Shown one piece after another: positions 27,178 through 36,800 of a DNA stretch of 64,000 bases. Numbering within the stretch: position 1 is the stretch's first letter; the number at the start of each line of letters is the position of its first letter. This DNA is from a virus, in IMG/VR virus record IMGVR_UViG_3300043777_000173, positions 4,302 through 68,301 of that record, one strand, 5' to 3'. The notes under the pieces were generated by a model. The model was not told where the DNA came from. It did no database searches and worked only from the letters and a program-made list of their open reading frames with translations. The translations under genes were made by a program, and so were the position numbers.

Positions 27178-30100
27178 GCTGGTACAGTTCACCTCTGCAA
27201 CCTTTGGACCCCGTTGTTCAAAGCCAAGTTCCTAAGCCACCGATTCGCTACATGCGGGATAACTTTCAGGGAACGGGGCAGAACTCCTACTTCCAGGCCC
27301 CCGCCCAAGATCAATCCATGTGGCAATCCTTGCTGAATGTCCAGCCAATTACACAAGGCATCCTCAATCAACGATGGGGATACGGGGCGTTTGTTAGCAA
27401 CCTAACTCTAACTCTGTCCAACGTTGCCATAGTTTCTATTAGCTCTCCTGGAACATTCATTCCAATTGCAGCGATGACGGTTGCCTCAACTGCCGGATTG
27501 ATCCCCGGTCAGTCCATTACTATAGCCGGGAATAGCGATTCTTTCTTTAATGGCACGTTCACTATTCTAACTATTTCGAGTTCGACCACCCTGTCAATTA
27601 CGATCCCAGCGGTGTCTGCTGCCCATTCCGGAACCGGCGGCACTTTGTCCTTGAATGCCTCTATCACCGGCAATCGACTGTACAATTTTCAATCTGACAG
27701 TCGGGGCACTCGTGCAATCATTGCGGCGGGGCTTGCCGGAGTAGTCGCATATAATGAGAACGGTTCCATTTACAACGGCGATGTGTTCGCGCCTGTTGCT
27801 ACCACAGGTATAATCCGTTCCATTACCTCGCGCAACTATCAGTATTTCTGTGACGGAGACAATGCCTTAAATCCATTAACTCATCTGACCGGCGACTCTC
27901 TTAAATGGAACGGCGCAACGACCGGCGGAGTTACGAACATCGGCATCTCCACAACCGATGTGACCACCAATAATGCCGGCGGCGGAACAACCGGAAATAC
28001 TTTAGGCCCAAATACCGGAACCACGGCCACAGATCAAGCGGATTTTTCCAACGCGTGGACTCGCCCGTCTGGTATTTTTTCCAATAGCCCGGCGGCGGCT
28101 GCCTACTCAACAGTTTCTGAGACTATTACCTCGACCTTCAATGTTATACAAGGCGGTCAGGTTTACACCGTTTCCAATATAAAAGCCCTCTCAGATAATC
28201 TTCGGGCCATTACCTTTGGTTTTACTTCCGTTCCTAATCCAACCATCGCTGGGATTCAAGTTAGCTTAACTTACCAAGCCACATCCTTTGGAACTAACGC
28301 GAACTTAACCGCCGGGGCTACCCTCCTAGCTCAATTGGTTAAGAACGGCTCGGTGACCGGTGTAAGTCGCGGAGCAGGGCCCTTGATTCTGGATGGTAAT
28401 TCCCACACTGTCAATGCAGGCAGCGCAACTGATATTTGGGGTGGTTCGTTTGCTCCTTCTGATATCCTTAGTTCGATGTTTGGTTTTCAGTTTCAAGCCA
28501 ATGGACTCTTCAACCAAACCGGAACATTACCTACCGGAACATACAACCCCGGCGTGACGGTGAATGTTTCTTACGTAACCATCACTGTATATCTTGGGGG
28601 CACTTCCGGATCAGCAACAACGAGCGGAAACGGAGTAGGTATCTTAAATGGAGTTGCTGGGGGTGCAATCAATCTTACCCTTGGGCGAATCTACTACCTG
28701 ACCGCGAACAACTCGCTAACCGGGCATTATAGCGATCTGAGTACCGCATCGGCTAGCACCGGGAGTTGTACCAATAGCGAATTCAACCTATTGCTGGCAA
28801 CCTACAATGATCCGCAGGTAGACACCAAGTATGTGCTAGCTACACCGGATGGCGGGGACCCCAGCATCCTATACGAGGCCTCGGTTCTCGTTCCAGGTTT
28901 AACAATTGCTTCCTGGGCAATCAATGGCAGCAATCAAGTAACCTTTACAGGAACGTACACAGGCCCACAATATACTAATGGCGCGACCTTCGTGGTTGGC
29001 GGACTTAGTCATGGCAGTTATATGAACGGCCAGACCATGACCGTCACCGGATCATCGCCCACGACGGTTGTCGCTAGCTTCACCCACGGAGCAGATTCCG
29101 CAACAGAGATTGGAATTGCCGGAAACTATTCGTTCGCCATTCCAAACGGCGTCACGTATGTCATTGATAACACCACCGATCCTTTGCTGGTGTTAAACCA
29201 GCCCTTGTTATTCACAGACACCTCTGGCAATGAGTTTGGAGTAACCTTGAATAGTCCCCCGCCCGCCGGGAACCTTTTAATTAAACATCAGGGTCGCCTG
29301 TGGATGGCTGGAGTTCCAGGCGCGACCCACAGCGTGTTCTTCTCGAAGTCTGTGGTCGAGTTGACTCTGCCAAATGGTTTCATTGCCGGGAAGTACGAAG
29401 AAGCGTGGCCAGGCAGCAACTACTTTGATGTCTCCGACGGAGCTGAGTCCGTTTCTGGATTCCTATCTGATGGTACCACTTTGTATATTGGAACCCAGAA
29501 TCATATCCGTCGCCTATTGGGCAACAGCCCCACGACCTTTCAAGAACCCCAGATCGTTCACCCAGAGGTAGGGCTAATCAACCAGGAGGTCTGGCAGCTT
29601 ACCTTCATGCAAGGAGCCCCCTCTGGTTCAATCTGGATGACTCCGGACTTCCGAGTAATTCAAAGTGACTTCAACACTTATGTGGATATCGGTACGCCGG
29701 TTCAGGACATCCTCAATGCCCTTCAACCAACCGCACCGGTCCTGGCCCATGCGGCCTTCGTTGCCGACGGCGAATATGAACTTTATATCTTAGCTGTTCC
29801 GTATCATCAATCAACCTATTGTGATACAGAGTTGGTGTTCGATCTTCGCACACGACAGTGGTTTGTATGGCAGCCAGCCGGAGGAAGTCTCTCGCTACTA
29901 TACAACGTAACTCAAGCCGCGATCCCGCAGTGGCTGTTCATTAATGGTACGGGAAATGCGATCAACATCTTCAGCTCGACGGCTACCACGGATGGTGGTA
30001 CAACCATTCCAGTCTCTGCAACGACAACTTGGATGCACCTCGGCGAGGCCACTCGACGCAAGATGCTGAATGAAATTCAGGTCTATGGCAACACCGCCAT

Positions 30101-30329
30101 GACCATGAGCGTGTACGGGTCGAACAATCTGGCGGACTTCACTAGCTCTCCGCGCCCGGTGGTTTACAACCGCGCCTTACAACAATCCCCATTCGGGACT
30201 TGGAACCTTTATTTGACTGGTGACCGCACTCGGTATCGCTACTATCAATTCACCTTCAACGCCAACAATGGCCGAATCCCTTTCCTTGGATCGTACGCCA
30301 TCTCTGCAATCCCAATGGATGATCTCTGA
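27174..30329 (+). CDS. tail nozzle/stabilisation-like protein with inserted domains
   Basis: 1051 aa after the adaptors; beta-propeller-like C-half (HQGRLWMAG, VFFS, LYIGT). Confidence 0.6.
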   Translation: MSWYSSPLQPLDPVVQSQVPKPPIRYMRDNFQGTGQNSYFQAPAQDQSMWQSLLNVQPITQGILNQRWGYGAFVSNLTLTLSNVAIVSISSPGTFIPIAAMTVASTAGLIPGQSITIAGNSDSFFNGTFTILTISSSTTLSITIPAVSAAHSGTGGTLSLNASITGNRLYNFQSDSRGTRAIIAAGLAGVVAYNENGSIYNGDVFAPVATTGIIRSITSRNYQYFCDGDNALNPLTHLTGDSLKWNGATTGGVTNIGISTTDVTTNNAGGGTTGNTLGPNTGTTATDQADFSNAWTRPSGIFSNSPAAAAYSTVSETITSTFNVIQGGQVYTVSNIKALSDNLRAITFGFTSVPNPTIAGIQVSLTYQATSFGTNANLTAGATLLAQLVKNGSVTGVSRGAGPLILDGNSHTVNAGSATDIWGGSFAPSDILSSMFGFQFQANGLFNQTGTLPTGTYNPGVTVNVSYVTITVYLGGTSGSATTSGNGVGILNGVAGGAINLTLGRIYYLTANNSLTGHYSDLSTASASTGSCTNSEFNLLLATYNDPQVDTKYVLATPDGGDPSILYEASVLVPGLTIASWAINGSNQVTFTGTYTGPQYTNGATFVVGGLSHGSYMNGQTMTVTGSSPTTVVASFTHGADSATEIGIAGNYSFAIPNGVTYVIDNTTDPLLVLNQPLLFTDTSGNEFGVTLNSPPPAGNLLIKHQGRLWMAGVPGATHSVFFSKSVVELTLPNGFIAGKYEEAWPGSNYFDVSDGAESVSGFLSDGTTLYIGTQNHIRRLLGNSPTTFQEPQIVHPEVGLINQEVWQLTFMQGAPSGSIWMTPDFRVIQSDFNTYVDIGTPVQDILNALQPTAPVLAHAAFVADGEYELYILAVPYHQSTYCDTELVFDLRTRQWFVWQPAGGSLSLLYNVTQAAIPQWLFINGTGNAINIFSSTATTDGGTTIPVSATTTWMHLGEATRRKMLNEIQVYGNTAMTMSVYGSNNLADFTSSPRPVVYNRALQQSPFGTWNLYLTGDRTRYRYYQFTFNANNGRIPFLGSYAISAIPMDDL

Positions 30330-30859
30330 TGCCTAGGATCGGCGCTCTTACCCTGGAGCAAGTTAACCTACAGGTTGATAAGTTAGACATCTTGCACGCC
30401 CAGGTTCAGGCTCTACAAGCCAAGGCGAACTTCGCGGCTCAACAGGTAGTTATTGCTGATCCAATCCATGCGCCCCAGACGACCAACAATGTTGCCTTCA
30501 CTTGGACTGGAAGTACCACCACTCTTAGCTGGCCCCAAGCTTTTGTCAAGGACAAGAACTGGAGTGCACAGACAACTATCCGACCGGTCATCAAGTCCTC
30601 AGCTCCTGGTCAGCAACATATCTGGACCATCCCTTCCGGGAGTCTCACCCTGAATGCCAGCACTTATTATTGGATGGGTTGGGACCCAGACGCCCAGAAG
30701 ATGCGCGCCACCCCGGACGCCAGCAGCCTACACGGAGACTTAGACATCCTAATGCTATGCCAGATATTTACAGGAACAGCCGGGCAAACCGGAAGCGCCG
30801 GAGGAGGGGGCAGCACAGGGGGAGTGGACCTATCAGGGTCCCGATACAAGAACTTCTGA
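30329..30859 (+). CDS. putative tail protein
   Basis: coupled ORF. Confidence 0.55.
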   Translation: MPRIGALTLEQVNLQVDKLDILHAQVQALQAKANFAAQQVVIADPIHAPQTTNNVAFTWTGSTTTLSWPQAFVKDKNWSAQTTIRPVIKSSAPGQQHIWTIPSGSLTLNASTYYWMGWDPDAQKMRATPDASSLHGDLDILMLCQIFTGTAGQTGSAGGGGSTGGVDLSGSRYKNF

Positions 30860-31062
30860 TGACAGACGATCAATTCAAACTTCATGTGGTGGACGCGCTC
30901 GCACGGGTCGAGACAAAAGTTACCGATCTCGTGGGCAACGGGCAACCCGGCAGGGTTACCAACCTAGAGGCAGCCGTCAAGAAGCTCCAACGATTCTCTT
31001 GGATAATCACCGGCGCGGTCCTCGCCGTTTCTGCAATCATTCATTTCGTATTCAAATATTAA
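30859..31062 (+). CDS. coiled-coil plus single-TM protein (holin/XhlA-like)
   Basis: MTDDQF...C-terminal hydrophobic helix WIITGAVLAVSAIIHFVF. Confidence 0.6.
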   Translation: MTDDQFKLHVVDALARVETKVTDLVGNGQPGRVTNLEAAVKKLQRFSWIITGAVLAVSAIIHFVFKY

Positions 31063-31070
31063 GGGGGAAC

Positions 31071-31406
31071 ATGCTAGAAAGAATCCGCCTCGCGACACCC
31101 GAGGAGATCAAAGAGATCGAACCAAACTCCAACCTGACTCCGATGAGTAAGGTCCTGGTTATGGGGGATATGAAGGCAGTGTGGCGCGTGGCTCACGAAC
31201 TAGACCCGGTTCACTTCAACGGAGCCCCAGTTCAGAAGATGTACAAGTTCCTGTGGGGAATTGAGAACATCATGGCAGGCTCGGGGGTCTCTGAGTACTT
31301 TTTTCAAACCCCCGCCGATGATCCTCAATATCATCGCATCCTCGAAGAACTCGGGGCCCAGAAGCTTTCCAAGCAGCCAGACTATAGGTGGCGCATCAAC
31401 CTCTAA
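31071..31406 (+). CDS. hypothetical, GNAT-like virion assembly protein candidate
   Basis: GGGGGA RBS; IRLATPEE start and LEELGA end; lies before the ejection genes. Confidence 0.5.
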   Translation: MLERIRLATPEEIKEIEPNSNLTPMSKVLVMGDMKAVWRVAHELDPVHFNGAPVQKMYKFLWGIENIMAGSGVSEYFFQTPADDPQYHRILEELGAQKLSKQPDYRWRINL

Positions 31407-31939
31407 TGTCCACAACTACTAAAACGACCGGCTCCAATACCAGCAACCTGCAATTCAATCCAGCCGCTCAGGCGATGTATAATCAACTGATCGGCGGAGC
31501 TGGCGGGGTTCTGGGCGGCTATATGAATCAACCCTTCCAGGGTCCGTCCTACAACCTCGGAGCGGGACAAGCTCAGCGCGGGGCGCAGGGCGCTGGGCAG
31601 AATATCATGCAAGCCTTGAGTGGCAATCCTGGTCAAGCCGGCCAGGCTGGTCAGGGTTTCATGGGCGCTCAAAAGGCTGCTGGTGGCCGCGTCACCTCGA
31701 ACATGAGTTCCCAAGCCAACCAGTCCAACATCATGCAGGCCTTCGGTCGGCAGATGGGCGCAATCGGCACAGGCATGAGCTTCAATCCCCAGCTTATTGG
31801 CAGCACCGGTTCGTTCTCACAAACCGGCAGCACCGGCGGCTTCGGGTCTTGGGGTATGCCACTTATCTCTGCAATCGGTGCCTCGGTGGCTGATTACTTC
31901 AAAGGGGGCGGTGGTGGTGGGGGCGGAGGGGGCGGTTAA
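31406..31939 (+). CDS. internal virion/ejection protein, paralog A
   Basis: G/Q/A/M-rich; aligns by eye with the next gene. Confidence 0.65.
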   Translation: MSTTTKTTGSNTSNLQFNPAAQAMYNQLIGGAGGVLGGYMNQPFQGPSYNLGAGQAQRGAQGAGQNIMQALSGNPGQAGQAGQGFMGAQKAAGGRVTSNMSSQANQSNIMQAFGRQMGAIGTGMSFNPQLIGSTGSFSQTGSTGGFGSWGMPLISAIGASVADYFKGGGGGGGGGGG

Positions 31940-32649
31940 TGTCTACAACTAATAACACCACAGGCTCTAATCAAAGCTCGCTGACCTTCAATCCCCAAGC
32001 GCAGAGCCTCTACAACCAGTTTGTGGGGCAAGGCGGAGGGATTCTGTCTGGGTTCATGAACAGCCCGTTCAGCAACTCCTTCTATAACCAAGGCGCACAG
32101 ATGACCCAGCAAGGTGCGGCTGCCGCTGGGGCTAACAACGTCGGGGCCAACAAACAGGCTGCGCTGACCGGCGGTTTAAACTCCAGTTGGCAAGGCGCGA
32201 CTGGCGCTCAAACCGGGCGAGCCAACCAAGCCATGACCTCGCAGGGTAATATCAACAACGTTCTACAGGCTTTGCAACGTCAGATGGGGGCGGCCGGAAC
32301 CGGCCTGTCCTTCTCGCCTCAGCTCATGGGTCAATCCGGAAGCTTCGCAAATACGTCCTCAATAGGTGGACTGGGAAGCTGGTTACCTCAAATGATTGCT
32401 AGCATGGCTGGTTCCCAAGCGATGTCCAGCATGAAAACCGCCCAGCCTCAAACAGGAACCTACACTGGTGGAAGTGTCAACGGCGTATCTGATCCAGCCT
32501 TGAACTCCCCCCAATACATGCCCGGTGGCGGGCCCACTATGCCTCCACCCTCACTGGCTGGTATGGGCTCTGGAGGTCTACAAGGTATGCTCGGTAGCAA
32601 CGCCTCCTCGATGAACCCCTACTACGCCAGCATGTTCATGCCTCAATAA
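31939..32649 (+). CDS. internal virion/ejection protein, paralog B
   Basis: MSTT..TTGSN.S.L.FNP.AQ..YNQ and RQMGA.GTG.SF.PQL.G shared with paralog A. Confidence 0.65.
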   Translation: MSTTNNTTGSNQSSLTFNPQAQSLYNQFVGQGGGILSGFMNSPFSNSFYNQGAQMTQQGAAAAGANNVGANKQAALTGGLNSSWQGATGAQTGRANQAMTSQGNINNVLQALQRQMGAAGTGLSFSPQLMGQSGSFANTSSIGGLGSWLPQMIASMAGSQAMSSMKTAQPQTGTYTGGSVNGVSDPALNSPQYMPGGGPTMPPPSLAGMGSGGLQGMLGSNASSMNPYYASMFMPQ

Positions 32650-32650
32650 T

Positions 32651-33805
32651 ATGGCTGACAATCCGTTTCAATCCGCTCTTAATCCGCGCTCCCAAGGGGC
32701 TGGCCTCTGGGACCTCCGTATGATGTCCGCCGCCAACCGAATGGAAACCCCATTCGAGCGGGGGATGCGAGGACCTGGACACGGCGGGGTGTCGGGCAAT
32801 CCGATGTTCTCTGCTATGGCAGGGATGGCCAACGAGCCCGACTATAGCCAATTCACCTACGACCCGGTCATGCGGCAGCGAGCCATCGCTGCCGGTGTGT
32901 CCCCATTGGAGGCCAATCAAGTCCAGCAGAACGTCCTGCTTCCTAACTCGGGGTTCTTTGGACGGCACCCAAATTTATCTCGTGCTCTGGAAGGCGGGCT
33001 ATTTGCTGCCGCCGCAACTCCAAGTAGCGGGGGAGTAGCCTCGGCGGGCGAGAACATCTCTCACGCAATCGAGGGAATGATTGGCGGGGAGCGGATGCGG
33101 CAGGGCCTCTATCGCCAGCAATTCGCTCGGCCCTTCGAGGCGGCTGGTGCGCTCGAACAACTCACCGACATGAAGCAGCGACGTGATCTTCAAGCCATGG
33201 AGATCGAACACATGCGGGCGGAGAACCAAAAACTCGGCCGCCCAGATCATGATATGCGCCCGATGGGTAATGCCGGGCCGCAAGACAAGTTCATCCCGAT
33301 CATCAACAACACGACCGGGCAGATGGAGAACCAACCCAATCCCAACTATGATCCTGCCTTGGTTCAACAGATGCATCGGCAAGCCGGAGCTGGGACGGAC
33401 TTTGATCGCTGGGTTGATATGAGGAACTCGGAGCGTAAGCAAGCAGGCAAGGCTCCCCTAAACTCCTCTGAGATCATCCAAGCTCGTGGTCAGTGGGGAG
33501 CCGCAGCCGCCGGACCTAGCCAAGCGGCCCGCAATCAAGTTAATGCACCTAAAATAGCCGCCGCCGGGCGAGAGAAATTCGTAAAAGACAATCAAGAAAA
33601 GCCCGGAGCGATTTGGGCCTTAGCGGATATCCATCCAGGGGACAATAACATCGGAGATAAATTAGGGAAATATTATGACACCAATATTGCCCCGTATGCC
33701 AATGCTCCCGAAGGCGGCGGTGGGCTCCAACCCGGCGCAGTCCAAGATGGCTACGTCTATCAAGGAGGCGATCCGGCCAATCAAGGTAGCTGGAAGAAAC
33801 AATGA
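32651..33805 (+). CDS. internal virion/ejection protein
   Basis: position and helical composition. Confidence 0.55.
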   Translation: MADNPFQSALNPRSQGAGLWDLRMMSAANRMETPFERGMRGPGHGGVSGNPMFSAMAGMANEPDYSQFTYDPVMRQRAIAAGVSPLEANQVQQNVLLPNSGFFGRHPNLSRALEGGLFAAAATPSSGGVASAGENISHAIEGMIGGERMRQGLYRQQFARPFEAAGALEQLTDMKQRRDLQAMEIEHMRAENQKLGRPDHDMRPMGNAGPQDKFIPIINNTTGQMENQPNPNYDPALVQQMHRQAGAGTDFDRWVDMRNSERKQAGKAPLNSSEIIQARGQWGAAAAGPSQAARNQVNAPKIAAAGREKFVKDNQEKPGAIWALADIHPGDNNIGDKLGKYYDTNIAPYANAPEGGGGLQPGAVQDGYVYQGGDPANQGSWKKQ

Positions 33806-36800
33806 GCGGACCCTGGGAACAATATCAAAAACCAACGGGGCCTTGGGATAAATACAAGGCCCCTGTTAGTTCTACGTCTGCTCCGCCCGTCAATCGCGGT
33901 CCGGCTTACGATGACCCGACCAAGTCCGCTTGGGCGACAGCGGGCAGCTTCGTCCCGGAAATGGCTACTCCTGCTCTGCGAATTGCAAATAAAGTTGCCC
34001 AAGTGCCCGTTCAAATGGGGGAATATGTTGGTGGTGCTTTAGGAACCATCACTGAGGCAATGACTGGCGGCGCGATTCAGCTTCTTCACCCAGAGCTTCA
34101 AACTACTCGACAACTCGAAACCGCCCATCCGATCCTCATGGGCGGGAGTCAAGCGATCGGAGAAGTGGCGGGAGACCTCGCCGGTAATCCAACCAATTGG
34201 CCTCTAATGGGTTCCGGGTCTGCCCGACCGCTTCTTCGTAAACTAATTACTCGCGGCTTTACCGCGTCCATGGCAAAGGGCACCTACGATTCGGTCCAGG
34301 AACTTTACAACAACTGGGACAAAATGTCTCCGAAAGATCGCGCGGAGCTCGGGACAAAGGCCGGTATTTCAGCAGCCATGACTGCCATAACCGCGAAGCA
34401 TTGGCACGAAGCTCCAGCTCCAGAAAATATCCCGATCGCCGCAAGTGGAAAAACCGAGTCGGAAATCAAAGCCCAGGTTTCTACCTCCTCGCCTAGAACG
34501 GGGTTAGACAGCAAGCCCGAGTTAACCTACGATCAGATCAAAGCCCGGATCGCAGAGATCGAGGCGCGCACAGCAAAGCCAAAGGCTGCACCTGAACCTG
34601 CCAAGGTTACTCCCGCCGTCGAAGAGGCAGTCGCTTCCAACAAACGCATCGCTACATATATTGCTAAGACCGATGCGGTTCGCGCAGAAATCAAAGCCAA
34701 AGCCCAAGCTCCCGAAGCCACCCCGGTCGAAGCCGCAAAGCCTGAACCTCCCAAGGCCCCCACTCCTGAACAGGAGCTAGCCTCCCTTCGCGCCCAGCGT
34801 GCTCAAGAATTAACTGACCTCAAGGCCATGGTCGCCGAACGTCGCGCCCAAAACCCCGAGGTTGCAAAAGCTTTTGATACTCTGATTAATAAACCTGCTC
34901 CTCCAGAAGGAGCCACTCGTCTTGAAGTCAAGCAAGCGGAGATGAAGGCCAAGAATGATGTAATCAATTCTAAACAGGCCGAGGCCGAGCAGTTCATCCG
35001 CGAGCACCGCAGGCAGCAAGCTACCGAGGCAACTCGCCTCCAACAGGAGAACGATGCCCTCCGCAAAGCGTCCAGCAGTCCCGAAGTGGGGGGAGTACCA
35101 GCGACCCCCGAGGCCGCCAAGCCCGCAGCAGAACCCGTACCGCCCGCCAAAGAAGCCTCGCGATCAGGAGAACCCGTTCGTCCCGCCGCGCAGCCCGAGG
35201 TAGGAAGCGAACCCCGTTCTTTGCGAGGAGATTTGGGAGAACGCCCGCCTGCCGCCACCAAGCCCGCTCCTCGCGACTTCGCGAAGGAGATGGAAGTATT
35301 CAAGCAGCGAGTTGACAAGTGGCAAGAAGATCATCCGGGTGTGGCTAAGAACCAAGCTCAACAGATTGTTGCGGAGCAGATGCGGAAGGAGCGTGGAGCG
35401 CTGGGCGGTAGCCCGGATGATCCCCAGGCTCGTCGCGAAGCGAAGATCAACGAGTGGTTGAACCAGTTGAAGGATGAGAAGACGCCTCCGTCGGTGCTGG
35501 ACAATGCTTATAAGATGCTTGGGGCTTATGGCCTGAGTCATGATGACATTATTCAGAGGATGGCGGGTGGTGCAGACTTCGCGAAGTCCCCAATCGAGGA
35601 GCGCCTCGGCCCCAATCCCGAGCTAGACAAGAAGGCCGACTCGATGATCGGCGGGTTGATGAACACCGTGGATCGGACCATGGCCAAATACCCCGGAGCC
35701 GGGGTTGCCGGGGATGTTGAGAAGAATGAAATTCGCAACACCAGCAAAACCACGGAAGAATACATGGCTCGTATTCAAGCATTGGAAGAAGGGCGAGCCA
35801 AAGGAAACCCCTCGATTTCTGGGGTCAAGGACCCCGCGCAGGAGGAGCTTGATCGGATGTTCAAGCTCCGGGACGACCGTATTCGTGACAAGGAACGCGG
35901 CTCCTTGTCCTTCAAGCGTCTAACCGACGAGGAGCGCAAATCTGCGAATCCACTTCGGAGACTGGCGGATGCCCTTGATCGAGTCGCAGGTTTCATTGAG
36001 CATGGAAACATGTCGCCCGAGGAAGCCGCCCGTGAGCAGCAAGCCCGCAATATTATCCGTGGAGCTGCCGCCGAGAAAGCGCGTAGTCATCTGGAAGTAA
36101 TGGAAGCCCTTAAAGGAGCCATCGAGCGTCATGACTCGCCCACGAATGAGCGAGAGAATTTCATCCAGTTCATGGACGCCGGAGAAGGCAAGGAGGGGGC
36201 GAAGTTCCTGCGCCCCGAGGACCAGGCTCTCGCGAATGTCCTGCATGAGATGTTCGACGAGAAGTGGGAGAAGGTCAAGGAAGTTAAGGGCCTCGAAGGA
36301 GATGGGATCGAGAACTACCTAGCCCATATCTGGGAGAAGTCCGGTAAGGCCGGGCAGCTCCTGCAAGGCATTTTGACTGGCCGCAAGCCCTTGGAGGGCT
36401 CCGCCCGATTCCTCAAGAATCGTTTCTATCAGTACGCCTCGTCGGGTGTGGAGCACGGACTCAACCCGGTGACTTGGAATCCCATTCGCCTCCAACTCGC
36501 AGCCCTATTTGACACCGATCGCTTCCTGATGGCCCATGATATCAAGGACCAGTTCAAGGACGCCGGGCTCGTCCAATGGAAGAAACTCTCTGAGTATAAG
36601 GATGTTCCTCCGGGTTGGCAGCGCCTCGACGACAAGATATTCCAGCCGAAGATCGTGGGTGATGGGGCCCTCAAGGAATATGGAACATATTATGCTCCCG
36701 CCGAGGTAGCCAAGATATTCAATCGCTACCTCTCTCCCGGCCTCGGGGGCAACCCGGTGTTCCGGAACTTCCGGAACTATGGCAACACCTTGAACATGAT

